Numbered from the stretch's first letter, positions 12,701 through 21,810 are shown. The stretch is DNA of 64,000 nucleotides from an uncultured virus (IMG/VR IMGVR_UViG_3300030117_007285) (IMGVR_UViG_3300030117_007285:1-64000); one strand, 5' to 3'. The notes: a model not told the origin generated them from the letters alone. Translations and numbers: made by a program.

Positions 12701-13981
12701 GGATCAGATGGACTAACTGGATCTTTAGCGGATAAACTAGGATTTAAAAAAGAACCTGTTAGAATTGGAGAGCTAGCTAATAAAAAAAGAATATCAGAGG
12801 CCATTGTTGCAATACCGTTTAGAAAAATTACCCCTGGTACTAGGGAAAAAGAATTTTATGGAATAGGGCCGCGGACCATTTTTTTGGCTAAACAGCAAAT
12901 TAATGGTAATCTACCGCCTTCTACTGCTCCACAAACTTTACCAAGCGAAGAAATTATAGACATGGTTAGAAAAATGCAAAAGTTTGTTATACCTCCCCAT
13001 TTAGATTTTGTAAAAAACGAATCGATTAACCCTTTTGCAATGTTTATTTTTGATTTCGAAGTCGGATTAAGTCAACAAGACTTGGCAAATATTTGGCAGA
13101 ATCTAAGCCCAGATATAGGAAGAAAAGCTATAAAATCAAAAGCCTCTCTACCGGCTAGATTATTTGCTCCTAATAATGTTTCTGGAACGCCTTTAATGCC
13201 AGTTTTTGATAAAAACACAAGATGGATGGTTTTCAAAGTAAAACAAAGATCAGCATACAATTATTTTTCTAAAACGGCAGATTCTAAAGATGATGACAGA
13301 TTTAAATTTAATATTGAAATTGGCGCGAGAGATGCAGAAAAAGGTTCGGTACCGGATTACAGTTACAACTGGCCTTTTGATTTCTTTAGTTTAATCGAGT
13401 TAGGAAAAGTCTCAGCACAACATGAATTCCGAAAGCCGCTGATAACAGAAGAAGGCGAGCAGAAGGCAGACCCGGGTGCCGAAGAAATACCAACTTATTC
13501 AAAATTACCTAATTTTCCAAGTAGAACACCAGAACGGGATAGGTCAACTCGTAGAGTACCAGAAACTGATAGGAGTCAATCGGATCGCAGGAGAGGGGGT
13601 CGAAGGGGTCGTATAGCGACCACACCACGGGATCCTGTGGTATCACCAGTAGATCCATCACGATTACCTAATTTTGGCTTACTCACAGCTCAACTTCCAG
13701 CGCAAGGGCTTGCAGCTTCTCCACCGATATTTAATATTGGCGCAGCTGCCGCGGCAACCAGGGCGGCGCCGAACACGAGCGAACTTCGAATAGTGGATCC
13801 AGGCAACGTGCGTAATGTTAATCCAGTAGGCCCTCAAATTCAGAGAATAGCAAACACTACGCGCACCACCACGGTACAGACTCAAACCGTTAACCAAACA
13901 ATGAACACTAGTGTTAGCCCTGCAGTTCTAAATATTGGAACTGGGTATGGTGCAGGTTTAAATAGAGGTAGAATAGAATGA
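3746..13981 (+). CDS. Giant virion (baseplate/appendage) protein with several LamG/ConA-like domains
   Basis: 3411-aa uninterrupted ORF; LamG motifs TVEFWLK..WHHYAV..LFVDG..LDEFRYWK and FSISAWIY..WAHIVATYDG..IYING..IDEVSV; KSKGTEKAFRNFFRCFG resembles the gp7/P2 gpI-type wedge motif. Confidence 0.75.
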   Translation: MSLKDLFNNQNLKSVTSASLQDVVDDTESLGYIESYIKEQNKFRTNLDFSSAQNFVRFGSAEKYYVNSIERIYKSYPYDGSRKEKVDFFLSSSDLDIFIFENEYPRTNGYANFIRAASTSGEEGNDYYPPTSDEYILVKGGPNTSQRAKDTEIINTSGDYKDGYANIYDFGKNRENNLKIGGVDGNTVEFWLKKDAFVENQDYLEFIIDAHVTGTNYGDENYGRLQVALATTGTTGNSSNKAIHVHYASGSSRISTYLGSTTLTTASIADGNWHHYAVRMKTVGSNTVLDLFVDGEHNDTTSTATTINYVSGNVVATVGALAASIGGNGARGWAPFSGSLDEFRYWKVSRDSQQIGRQYIEPIGAGTNTDDANTHLGVYFKFNEGITQTASIDATVLDYSGRISNGVWTGYNSNYSRETGSAFVESGKAAFEFKDPILYSFHPDVAALISSKTLIGREYDYTNPNSMYKSIPSWITDQEHGKENPALENLTQILSSYFDTLHSQIENLSTLKHVSYISGTADKNQKPFFFNNRILQSYGFPYIPDLFKDASFMEYFRNRDDRILYEQKLYDIKNTIYNNIYNNLAYINKSKGTEKAFRNFFRCFGLDEEILKLRYYSNNGEFEYTDNVKSVSQVKKYVNFSLTGSSEATVYQYKIDDNSTSFISGSDEPTDGLESTGYGFSLECQTVFPIVPSQADYNTLLANKNYTGGKIINSFTKDKQTSIYGLRTAGITENETTVPTDDRAGFVIKSIRDDEFGARCKFKLVPTNNSYFPEIETPYFQNVFDETKWNLAVVVKPTTYGQANFVSGSEDDGTYDVVFMGTRVILGETLDNFELTSTISNTFGKTILTKPKRVFIGAERENVTGSIVTRAFSNVTDCRFWLKPLSMSEIKKHNTDILNYGVNDPYESAYLFQDDLTEVRVSNIDTLALHWNFLNLTSSNASGQFNVNDFSSGSANDERYGPLSGILSKQHSARGDYFIPSFIDTFSRKNVYNAKTDLPGYINSSDMINITNFDDMTFTRETRPISYFMTIEKSMYQTISEDMIKIFSTMQDYGSLVGKQYSKYRVENKDLKHLRQLFFQNISNTPKLEKYVDYYKWFDTSLSVLIENLIPITALREDGNSVIRPIVEEHSFNKEKYLSQFPTLELKASDPEGVIKSINELLYPWKEGHFPIGTPFFNQQSLAFPGGGGASSTHKADIGDQASLSFGADGTTGNEPSFSISAWIYMSDTENFGIFSKASLATREYELGTQASSILVFRIYDNNSSHYIGKTSSGVAATRAIVEGLQNKWAHIVATYDGTGAPGAGIKIYINGTEVTMAQDNGGTYLHMENTSAKAQIGRSNDNDTMDTAGFIDEVSVMTVALSAEEVSKLYNGGKTFNLQKFSRFTEFVSWWRLGDSKTGTSPNFTLPDLVGSNNVTMSNFDGTSTSGIVDFHAPSEYDQDALQDTNCLWAKERAEKTLVPSRDSAVDSDRQEILDVINNLNNATPPNLKGPNGTYQGSTYALRKFAKPLNLTVQKQKQIHGGGNVHENKKVGFWDSIRKRPSPSATDEGGLISIEPPDSNLELFKDCNDNLELNRGKRKFKFSAFAEIDGNNPDSSNVFKGDHIFPFSLYSSSVTGNPAMADLANFQANLAITNLHHDTYGPFSDVPMQGPFTEKYVGGRAYRHVMTNFTPDNEQPEGEGERLEGWKIIANANLIDLVNVSPHNPKSVYFREEYAKRPVNIKNIQQTTGALEIDPETSFAQGTDAHRVTKIGNYTSDYEILMTAGRSTNNRYMVESEGLLDVGTLDTEYVSGTFNFSIPRRDLTGSNKFIIVNRFSSPGEPATMGEGMLDVASGEFSVYNALPFRNLPVRQALQELYSDHTNQFGYFSDQFNFAAYSNAGGPTYPGGSSSVNPEDYSGTGSFHKVNRNGRQSIIFSGSTGYVDDSYLQVVKHDNFHVQHQIPQTDVQYSWITSSLIEDYTGSARYNFEQPDFSNSSFASTDITFVSASDSGSTNIKVDFAGLNTLVLDNVFSASNTLSNTEYFNDRIESLEDVLTTNAILLHRGGPYGGSNWKLYRKDSHPIVRAHKRENRLSFARPIQAKDPDGATVKTFALRSKIESPVVSKYDPVRFNVFITDPRLGGSQNVIFQQSYINNFAKFSTKIPGESQLDLNNSPFFTDVEGYENIKLSYNTLKDLVNRKVAEDVNPISLTNNLITNEVFWPKQQYTYLSDHRQREHYANFFWRDDPAVRLELGSPALFFDFHSGSAKNIYKFGINIGLGSGFPGGTFTPYYQPENSGTFSASIWPIDARKDFQTNSPGRIRRDPDEGLIVEPGSAPNFTFRPIISASDGSGILQNAHVPFSSYIYVTHSNPSSNTFFEGYQPGEARLLPQYNRRIQGVISDDPIYEYKFGDTKWEAGDQSGLSPFYNTYDEYCEDIKRTGKDYSIIPEFRISDHMDFYLNNAKDFLVKPLGAYAITGTVVGPSESDRALGPPESVGLLTPFEQQLEDLNFEITYLHSDFLNTFNIVDSDFDTLQNTKITLSADALIKFLPYDGFYPVDRSVQLAKLFHESYESSFAITGAVRVNLQDGDLVPGETLDSRRKGFMNPVFKSLFAPGILYNSIKSGIAVDYPVHTSSVAFTGAANQRNNLGYLVNIPRINSNFEYRVPFEALADPVGGLSGINVLDNEPHPSASINLTSSLQAGSGKLNYTLAMNNFLASTIDFFKEDGKLTTLASISDTDSQFGVGSSQDKSGKKFSAFIPGIEYTMRIVCYNGVFDTLQSFVEYFENSTTDAILKASYNRSVPTVINYARTGSDTFARSDYYGSSFGPPVSSVGTLNNLFASVDPNHSSASYEPFTPPYYDGYSHIELTYRCEKLGEKIPDIVAQLTQSFVRLNTSVVEVGKSGEDNAMTLDSSLNYLQIAKSPNPKFGPNGNVLEVDEANKGNVLVIQPKWECPILDFSNVPVTLPNIGSGSVARGMWHQYGSIPDNGKGVYLQIQDLDPSELGSDGLTGSLADKLGFKKEPVRIGELANKKRISEAIVAIPFRKITPGTREKEFYGIGPRTIFLAKQQINGNLPPSTAPQTLPSEEIIDMVRKMQKFVIPPHLDFVKNESINPFAMFIFDFEVGLSQQDLANIWQNLSPDIGRKAIKSKASLPARLFAPNNVSGTPLMPVFDKNTRWMVFKVKQRSAYNYFSKTADSKDDDRFKFNIEIGARDAEKGSVPDYSYNWPFDFFSLIELGKVSAQHEFRKPLITEEGEQKADPGAEEIPTYSKLPNFPSRTPERDRSTRRVPETDRSQSDRRRGGRRGRIATTPRDPVVSPVDPSRLPNFGLLTAQLPAQGLAASPPIFNIGAAAAATRAAPNTSELRIVDPGNVRNVNPVGPQIQRIANTTRTTTVQTQTVNQTMNTSVSPAVLNIGTGYGAGLNRGRIE

Positions 13982-15009
13982 GATTTTTAGACCCAAAAGA
14001 AGAAGTATACAAAATAAAAATCACACCGTGGGGTAAATATCTTTTGACACAAGGCAAATTTAATCCAACTTATTATGCTTTTTTCGATGATGATATTATA
14101 TATGATTCTAGTTACTTAGAGGATACCGGCGATTCATTTGAACTTCAAAATGATATACAAGACAGAATATTAGATGAGACTCCTAGATTTGAGGGTCAAA
14201 CTAGTTTTAAAGGATCTGAAACCACTTTATTTACAAAATTTCCTAACATATTAGATGAAATATTCCCTGGGGTGTCTGAGAAGATTGACGACCCATCTTA
14301 CAACATTAATAATGCTGAGTCGCCAACAGATAATTATTATCTTCAAAAGCCATTAGCCAGAGGTGGTAACAATACAAATACAGCTCCATTTTTTAGTGTA
14401 GACATGATTACCGGCTCAATACTAGATGCAAAAATAGATGGATCTGGTTCTAGTGGATTTTTTGCTCAAAAAGGAGATGGACCAAGCGCTTTTATAAGCC
14501 AAGTTGAGTTTGAAATAGAAGACGAAATAACTATAGATACAGTACCGGACTTAACAATAACTCCAACAAAAACAATTGAAAACGATGAGTTGTTTGATTC
14601 TTTTTACGTTTTCAAAGATGGAACTCGTATGACATATGATAAAAAAGAATTGTTTTTAAAACTTGAAGAAGGGAACACTGAATTTTTAAAAGAAAATTTC
14701 GACATTGAAGTTTTTGAAATTACGGAAACATCCGACAACAATGGTGATGTAAAACAAAGTCTTAAAAGATTAAGTTTTGTAAAAGAAGGTGAAACTGTAA
14801 ATCAAAACAACATTGAATATTATTTTAATATATTAGTGGACAATGAAATAGACTCGGATTTTTATTGTCAAGCTCTTAGGACAAATAAAAATAAAACAAA
14901 AGATATATTTTCAGATAATACGTTTAAATGCCCAGACTTAGAGCAAGAAAAGTTTAATTTAAATATTTATAATACTGACAAAACAATAACACCGGTGGAA
15001 AAATGCTAA
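13978..15009 (+). CDS. Putative virion structural protein (N-terminus paralogous to 21811..22740)
   Basis: ITPWGKYLLTQGKFNPTYYAFFDDDIIYD parallels LTDAGRKRLARGDGSFNIAQYAFGDDEINY; ATGA overlap with the upstream gene. Confidence 0.55.
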   Translation: MRFLDPKEEVYKIKITPWGKYLLTQGKFNPTYYAFFDDDIIYDSSYLEDTGDSFELQNDIQDRILDETPRFEGQTSFKGSETTLFTKFPNILDEIFPGVSEKIDDPSYNINNAESPTDNYYLQKPLARGGNNTNTAPFFSVDMITGSILDAKIDGSGSSGFFAQKGDGPSAFISQVEFEIEDEITIDTVPDLTITPTKTIENDELFDSFYVFKDGTRMTYDKKELFLKLEEGNTEFLKENFDIEVFEITETSDNNGDVKQSLKRLSFVKEGETVNQNNIEYYFNILVDNEIDSDFYCQALRTNKNKTKDIFSDNTFKCPDLEQEKFNLNIYNTDKTITPVEKC

Positions 15010-18000
15010 ATGGATTATAGTAAGTACGGAATATCAGAGAGCTATTTACCTACAGTTTACCATAATAGAATTATTATCGATAAAACAACTGCAGCAACTG
15101 TTAATAAAAACTTAACAGAGAATGCATATATACGGGGCGCCACAGGCTTTTTAGGAAATATATCCAGCTCTCCAATTCAAACTTTAGTTACAGTGGACAC
15201 CAATATAGTGTTCAACGTGCCTAGCTACTCAGACTTCGTTGATTTATCAAAAGATGATAATTTTGCAGATTCTTTTGAGGTTGTAACACATCTTTTCTGG
15301 AAAAATCCAAATTTTGGTACAAGCCCAAGTCCTTTGAACATTGATCTACCTAATAAATACACGGAGCAAGTGGCGGATATAATATCAAATATCAACAGCG
15401 TTGAATATCAAAAATATTCACTATCAACAGTTTTTAATAACATTGGCAAAGATAGTCTTAATTTAACCAACTTTGATAACTTTACCCGGTATCAACGTAA
15501 GTTTCCTGATGGCCAAACATATTTTCAAGTGCCATACACTATTAAGTTTCAAGTTCCACTTGAAAACATACCATATATGTACCTATTATCTCATGCGTCT
15601 GTAACTGATTTTAATATAGATTTGAATTTAAATTTTGGTGGGTTTGAAATAAATGATGATTCTATTACTTCTGTTTCTGCATTTGAAGCTTATAACTTAT
15701 CCAACGGAGATGGTGCGACAAGAGCTGGTCCTTTAATAGTTGATACTTTGATTAGCGATAATAACACGCAAACAAAAGGTGTGCTTTATACAATAGCTCA
15801 AAACCAATCCACGTACCAAGGACAGATTCCAGAAGGTGTGGACTTGCAGGAAGTAACCGGTTCTGATATCCTAAGAGAAGAAAAATTTAACGATTTAAAA
15901 GGCACACCGTGGCTTGGTGGAGTTCACAAACACGAAGGTAGATACATGGCCGGCGCCTCACATACCGATAAGCCTCATCCTTATTTAGATGCGAATGTAG
16001 TTCAAAATAAAAAACTCATCGACTTGCGACCAATAAAACAAATTACAGAGCAGAATCCGCCATATTTTGTCGACGCGCTATCAGATGTAAAAACAATCAG
16101 TACTGATTATTTTGCAGATAACTCTAAAAACAATTTATTAAAAAAATTAACTGTAATCTCTGAACCTTTTTTGAGCACTAGAAAAGCAAAAAAGGAATTT
16201 TATGGTGGTCAAGAACACATCGATGGATTTTTTGCGATAAATTATACAAACTTTTTAAGAAAACATAGTATTTTTTCTAGTTTTATAGTGCACTACCCTC
16301 TATTGCAAAAACTTTTTGAAGACGCTGAATTCGATATAAAAATTAAAATTTTAAGACATGATGTAAAAACTAAAATTTCTACACTAATTTTTGATTCTTC
16401 AGGTCAAAATTTTAATGGAACTTATACGGCTAAACCGTCTTTGCAGTCTCAACAATTTTCTGGTAATAAAAACAACATAGAAGTGCTTTTAGGTTATTTG
16501 AGCGTTGTAAATCTTTCAAAAGATGCGTTGAATCTTGATGTGACTAAAGGTTCAAAAATTGAGTTTTACACGTTTACAGATTTTGATAAAAACAAAACAT
16601 CTGCGACCGAATATAAATACGAAGTGCAGGTAGAGATGATAGATCCTGTTTTTGAATATTTATCAAATGGCATCGCCGCCATAGACAAAGCAATTAGAGG
16701 TGATGAAAAAACTTTAGGTTTAAAACAAATACTTCAATTAATAAAAGTAAAAAAAGGAGAAACAAATGTTGTTTCTGGTGGTAAGGATTTTCCTTATGTT
16801 GTCGATAATACAAATCAACAAAGTTTAAATCAAATAACAAACTCAACAATTATTGATTCAATAAAAGAATATGATTTAATAAATGAAACAGTTTCACTTA
16901 CAGAGGATAATAAACTAGTTCTTACTCAAGACATAGCTGAAAGTCGAATAATGCAATTATTCGCTTATGGCCCGGGCTCGTCCAATCTAGGGCTTCTTCT
17001 TTTTGATATAGTCAATAATATTTTGGACATTGAAAATGCAGGCAATGTATCAATTGATTTGATTAGGTTAGCGATAAACAGTCTTAGCACCATTAGAGAT
17101 GTCATAAAAGATAAAGTTAACGCGATATCAAACGTAGATATTTTAACTCAAAGTTTTGGTTATCGAGCAGCCACACTCTCAGCACAAAATGGAAACTCAG
17201 GTAAACGAATAATTAGAGAAAAAAAATTGTCAAAAAATAAAGTTACAAAACAGGAATATGGATTTGATTATTTAGCTAATTACTCAGATAATGTGGGATT
17301 AAAACAAGTACCGGTAAGTGTGTTAAAATATTTTATTGAATTTAATTATTTGCCTAGATATTTTAACAAAGAAGAATCAAACAATTTTCCCGCTCTTTTA
17401 AACGAATATTTACAAAATTATAAATATTCTACGTTAACTTTGACTAAACAAGGAGTTGTCCTGCCAAAAGGCTTGTTTACTCCAAAAGACTATGAAAACT
17501 GGCCAAATTTGTTACAAATTTTATTACTTTTTATAGAGAAGAATGCGTCTAAGCTTACAGGAAAAACAACGTTTACTTATACACAAAGTGATACAACTAA
17601 TTTTAAATTTGAGATTAATAAAAATATAGAAGCGCTTACCGACGCACAATTTAATGACCTTACCCTTTTAAAATCTCTTGACCGCGGCCAAAAGCAATTG
17701 GTAACAAAAGGTTTAAGTATACAAGATCAGATTACAACAAATCAATCTATATTTGTTGAATTTAACGATGAAATACAAACAGACCAAAATAATCCTGATG
17801 CGACCATTCCAATTGACAATTTGAAAAAAAATGACATATCCGATTATTTTTTAAATTATGTTAACAACGCAGTGGAAAATGGAAATGAAAACAAAAATAG
17901 AAATTTAAATGGAATAATAAATTTAAATGTTAACTCTTTACTCGAAGATGAGATAAAAGACTTTACTATACCACAACTTTCTTTGTTAGAATATAATACT

Positions 18001-18471
18001 GGAAATTCTAAAATTTTAGGCAATCCATCTCCTGGAGTGGGTTATGGGATGTATTACCGGGATGTTTGGTCGCTACAAACAAAAAAATTATTTTTAGACC
18101 AATTTGCAGATTTTTTCTTTGAATATATCAATTCTGTTAAAATAGAGTATCTATCAGGTTTTGATACGTACAATTATGTCGGTATACTAAATGAATCTAA
18201 TGAATCAACAGTTTTTGAACCAGTTGACGCTTTGAATAATATTGATATAAGCTCACATCGCTGGGAACAATTAACTAATTCGGTATTAGATCAATTACAA
18301 CAAGGTCAAGCTGTATTGTGTAAAATGGTTGATTTAATGCCTAACGGTTTTGTTGATATGAACGTTCCACTGATTCAAAAAATTAAGTTTTATAAAAAAT
18401 ATTATAATTATTTTCTAATTATAAAAGGTCAAAAAGATTTACAAATAAGAGAATATGGGAGCACTATTTAA
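15010..18471 (+). CDS. Large hypothetical protein, probably virion-associated
   Basis: 1153-aa ORF inside the structural block; contains the His-rich motif GGVHKHEGRYMAGASHTDKPHPYL. Confidence 0.6.
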   Translation: MDYSKYGISESYLPTVYHNRIIIDKTTAATVNKNLTENAYIRGATGFLGNISSSPIQTLVTVDTNIVFNVPSYSDFVDLSKDDNFADSFEVVTHLFWKNPNFGTSPSPLNIDLPNKYTEQVADIISNINSVEYQKYSLSTVFNNIGKDSLNLTNFDNFTRYQRKFPDGQTYFQVPYTIKFQVPLENIPYMYLLSHASVTDFNIDLNLNFGGFEINDDSITSVSAFEAYNLSNGDGATRAGPLIVDTLISDNNTQTKGVLYTIAQNQSTYQGQIPEGVDLQEVTGSDILREEKFNDLKGTPWLGGVHKHEGRYMAGASHTDKPHPYLDANVVQNKKLIDLRPIKQITEQNPPYFVDALSDVKTISTDYFADNSKNNLLKKLTVISEPFLSTRKAKKEFYGGQEHIDGFFAINYTNFLRKHSIFSSFIVHYPLLQKLFEDAEFDIKIKILRHDVKTKISTLIFDSSGQNFNGTYTAKPSLQSQQFSGNKNNIEVLLGYLSVVNLSKDALNLDVTKGSKIEFYTFTDFDKNKTSATEYKYEVQVEMIDPVFEYLSNGIAAIDKAIRGDEKTLGLKQILQLIKVKKGETNVVSGGKDFPYVVDNTNQQSLNQITNSTIIDSIKEYDLINETVSLTEDNKLVLTQDIAESRIMQLFAYGPGSSNLGLLLFDIVNNILDIENAGNVSIDLIRLAINSLSTIRDVIKDKVNAISNVDILTQSFGYRAATLSAQNGNSGKRIIREKKLSKNKVTKQEYGFDYLANYSDNVGLKQVPVSVLKYFIEFNYLPRYFNKEESNNFPALLNEYLQNYKYSTLTLTKQGVVLPKGLFTPKDYENWPNLLQILLLFIEKNASKLTGKTTFTYTQSDTTNFKFEINKNIEALTDAQFNDLTLLKSLDRGQKQLVTKGLSIQDQITTNQSIFVEFNDEIQTDQNNPDATIPIDNLKKNDISDYFLNYVNNAVENGNENKNRNLNGIINLNVNSLLEDEIKDFTIPQLSLLEYNTGNSKILGNPSPGVGYGMYYRDVWSLQTKKLFLDQFADFFFEYINSVKIEYLSGFDTYNYVGILNESNESTVFEPVDALNNIDISSHRWEQLTNSVLDQLQQGQAVLCKMVDLMPNGFVDMNVPLIQKIKFYKKYYNYFLIIKGQKDLQIREYGSTI

Positions 18472-18668
18472 TGGCAATAAGCTACACTAAAATACCAGAT
18501 TATAATCAGTTTGTTCAAAGCTATTTTGTAGATCAAGAATTGTTAAACACACAAGATGTTGGAACAGTCTTGGTAGAGAATGCTAATACTCAAGCTGTCA
18601 TGAACAATGCTGAACAAGGTACGAATGGTAACAATACACAAGGCACACAGAATAGGTCTTATGATTAA
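18471..18668 (+). CDS. Small hypothetical protein
   Basis: 65 aa; TAATG coupling to upstream gene; fills the space between two large ORFs. Confidence 0.5.
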   Translation: MAISYTKIPDYNQFVQSYFVDQELLNTQDVGTVLVENANTQAVMNNAEQGTNGNNTQGTQNRSYD

Positions 18669-18681
18669 TAAGGTATAAACA

Positions 18682-21600
18682 ATGGCAAATTTTGGAAAAA
18701 TAATATTATTTAGAATAGAGGATTTATTACCTGAAAATAATCAAAATGCCTACTACCCTACTTTTCAGGATCCAACACCACCAGGCACCTTTCCCGATGG
18801 CACATACCCATTTGCGCGAGGAACGACTGCCGGCTTGGAATTCCAGGGCGGCAGTGCATTGGAAGAGACTTGGAATAAATGGTATAGAATACTTGGAAAA
18901 AATTACAAATTAGATGAGGAAGGTGCGTTGGTGAGTGTCATCTATGACAAATTATCGGAGCCTATGGGCGGCGCCGGCTTTGAAGTTCCAAATTATTTTT
19001 CTGACTATAAATATTTAGGTACCATCGAATCTTTTCAATACGCCCCGAACGATTTAATTCAATTTACATTTGGAGATTTTTCGACCGGTAACGATGAGGA
19101 AGACATGCTAAACTACATGTTTGCTCAACTTCACAAATACGAGGCGCTCCGATTTACGAGCGCGTTTCACGGCGCGCCAGAAGACGAACGACCTGGTGGT
19201 TTTACAAATCACAACTTATCTTTACCAAAACCGTTGATGTCAAAAAGACTTTCGCGTTTCTCGCAGCCCCAAACCGAGCGCGAATTCCAAAATTTTTCTT
19301 TTGAACAATATGGTATCGGTGATGCCATAAAAATAAAACCCATATACAACTATTATTTAAAAGACTATGAACAGTTTTATAACTCTCTTTCCAATAGAGT
19401 AAATTTTAATATAAACTATCAGGAAGAAAAATCAATTCCAAACTTTTATTATTTGATAACTTTATTAGCTAATCCAGATGTTTTTTCAGAAGTGACATCT
19501 AACTCAAATGCGGCCGCGCCGTTTACAATAGAGGGAATTTTGGAGGGAATAATACCATCTTTGACTGGAGATCTCTCTACCGCACCACTGGGTGCGAAGC
19601 TAGCAACGGAAATTCTGGCGTATGAACAAGAAACCAATCGCGAAAGAAATTCAGTTGTTGTCGTAACTCCCAGCTTTTATAAAGCGCTTTCAAATGAAAT
19701 AAGCACCCAAAAAAGAGCGCATCCTTTTTATAATCAAATAGAGATACCGATCACTAAAGGCGGCACAGTTTTTAGAGATTTATTTAAAAAAGCAAAAATA
19801 TATGAGCAATTGCAGCATAGGGCTGGTTTGCAAATAAGAGTAATCAACCAGGCCGCTCGCTTCGGTAAGAATCTTACACAAACAGGAATTATATTAAATG
19901 ATTTGTCCTCGGGTTATAATTTGTTTTACACAGCGGCAACCACCACGAAGTATACGTCTGGTAAGTACGGCATTCGAGTTGAGTATAAAAGCGCAGATCA
20001 ACGAACTACTGACCCAGACGTTTTTTCACTACCATATAAATCCAGCCCAGCGAATGGCTTCGAAGCGGCTAGGGTGATTGAATTTGATGTTAGTTTACAT
20101 GATGAAGGTAATAATTATGACTTTAAACTAGGCGTCAAAACAGGTCAACAAGGCGCGACTTATATAAATTTTAATAATAACTACATATCGCGTGTAAGAC
20201 GATGGCCAGTTGAAAATGGAAAATTAGATAGCGCAGGTGTGAGATTTAATTTAACAAAAGTAAACCAGTTTACTACGACCCAAGATGACAAAATAATGAA
20301 CCCTTTGACGTTCTATGCGAATAATCCTGAATCTGAAAACAGTTATATTAGTAGCGTAATACAAAATAAAGCAAATTCAATATTGGAATATATTTTTAAT
20401 AAATCTAAGCTAAATGCTGGCTCTGTTTTTAATAATTTAGAAAATTATTCTGAAATTTTATTTTTTGAAGTTGAAAAATATGATATAGACGACAATGGAG
20501 TAGAAAAAAATCTAATTCAAACTTTTATTTTACCAAATGATCCGGATATTGGAAACACTATTACCTATATTGATAGTCAAATAAAATATGGAAAAGAATA
20601 CGTATATAAAATTTATGCGCATACAATATCAATCGGTAATAGATTACGGCGTTCCCGTCGCGTCGCCGAACCGATAATCGGGGCAATTGATGATAATCTC
20701 AACGCAGAACCTGGTCCCAATGGTTATCAAATTGGCACTATTTACCCGATTAGATTTGTATATAATAATAAATTTGATGTAAAAATATTACGAGTTCCAT
20801 ATCATAATACCTATGAATATCGTGAGAATGAGAATGATACACAAAGAGAAACAACTGTTAACGTAGACAATCCGCCAATACCACCACAAGTCACTTTCTA
20901 TCCATTTAAAAATGTTAGCAATAAAATTGGATTTTGGTTTAATATTGGGTTAGGGAGACTTAAAATGAAAGGGCATCGCGCTATGGAGACAGCGATATCG
21001 GATCCGGGCAGTAACGCGAAGGAATACAAAATCTTGCGCGATGTGGGCCAAGCCCAATATAAGCGTGGAGATCTGACCCCCCAGGAGTACTATGGACCCG
21101 ATGCTAGTTCAATCTTTGCCGCCGAGACGTACGGTATAAGCCATAAAATTTTGTATAGTACAGATGACTTTGGTGGAAAAATAGAAATATATCGGTTAAC
21201 TGAAAAGCCGGAAAACTATTCTGATTTTGCAAATAACAAAATTTCAGATGTTGATGTTATTGGTCCAAGAACCCTTATAGATGACATTATTCCAAATCAA
21301 GATTACTATTATATTTTTAGGCATTTAGATGTTCATGGAGCGCCCTCCAATCCAACTCCTGTTTATCATTTTAAAATGATTACTAGTAATTCTACAATGG
21401 AGGCCGATTCAGTTAGAGTTGGTGTAGAGGGTCTGCAGCCAATTTTATTTAATGAAATAATTTATTTAAATGATAATTCTTATGAGGAACAAAAAGTAGA
21501 AAAAAGTTTTAAGAAATACTTACTAGTAGAACCGACATTGGCTCAAACATATTTAAGCTTTGATAATTTTGAAAATGTTGGCGCAGAAAGTAACTTTAAT

Positions 21601-21780
21601 ACTGCTAGTAATATTAAATTAAATCAAACTAATTTGATAATCGGCAAAGGTGGCGCCGATTTTATTAATGTTAAAGGTAAAAAGTTTAAGATTAGAGTAA
21701 CCTCTAAACAAACTGGTAGAAAAATAGATTTAAACGTAGATTTTAAAAATTTGTCTGTAATTGAAAATTATAAAGAATAA
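18682..21780 (+). CDS. Large hypothetical virion protein, possible fibronectin-III-like beta domains near the C-terminus
   Basis: 1032-aa ORF; YIDSQIKYGKEYVYKIYA and DDIIPNQDYYYIFRHLD resemble FN3 strand patterns; AAGG upstream of ATG. Confidence 0.55.
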   Translation: MANFGKIILFRIEDLLPENNQNAYYPTFQDPTPPGTFPDGTYPFARGTTAGLEFQGGSALEETWNKWYRILGKNYKLDEEGALVSVIYDKLSEPMGGAGFEVPNYFSDYKYLGTIESFQYAPNDLIQFTFGDFSTGNDEEDMLNYMFAQLHKYEALRFTSAFHGAPEDERPGGFTNHNLSLPKPLMSKRLSRFSQPQTEREFQNFSFEQYGIGDAIKIKPIYNYYLKDYEQFYNSLSNRVNFNINYQEEKSIPNFYYLITLLANPDVFSEVTSNSNAAAPFTIEGILEGIIPSLTGDLSTAPLGAKLATEILAYEQETNRERNSVVVVTPSFYKALSNEISTQKRAHPFYNQIEIPITKGGTVFRDLFKKAKIYEQLQHRAGLQIRVINQAARFGKNLTQTGIILNDLSSGYNLFYTAATTTKYTSGKYGIRVEYKSADQRTTDPDVFSLPYKSSPANGFEAARVIEFDVSLHDEGNNYDFKLGVKTGQQGATYINFNNNYISRVRRWPVENGKLDSAGVRFNLTKVNQFTTTQDDKIMNPLTFYANNPESENSYISSVIQNKANSILEYIFNKSKLNAGSVFNNLENYSEILFFEVEKYDIDDNGVEKNLIQTFILPNDPDIGNTITYIDSQIKYGKEYVYKIYAHTISIGNRLRRSRRVAEPIIGAIDDNLNAEPGPNGYQIGTIYPIRFVYNNKFDVKILRVPYHNTYEYRENENDTQRETTVNVDNPPIPPQVTFYPFKNVSNKIGFWFNIGLGRLKMKGHRAMETAISDPGSNAKEYKILRDVGQAQYKRGDLTPQEYYGPDASSIFAAETYGISHKILYSTDDFGGKIEIYRLTEKPENYSDFANNKISDVDVIGPRTLIDDIIPNQDYYYIFRHLDVHGAPSNPTPVYHFKMITSNSTMEADSVRVGVEGLQPILFNEIIYLNDNSYEEQKVEKSFKKYLLVEPTLAQTYLSFDNFENVGAESNFNTASNIKLNQTNLIIGKGGADFINVKGKKFKIRVTSKQTGRKIDLNVDFKNLSVIENYKE

Positions 21781-21782
21781 TT

Positions 21783-21792
21783 ACTAATTATA
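21783..21792 (+). promoter_or_regulatory. Putative late-promoter motif ACTAATTATA
   Basis: Intergenic copy of the recurrent CTA(A/T)TTA motif. Confidence 0.6.
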
Positions 21793-21810
21793 GAGGTATA
21801 GGAGAATATT

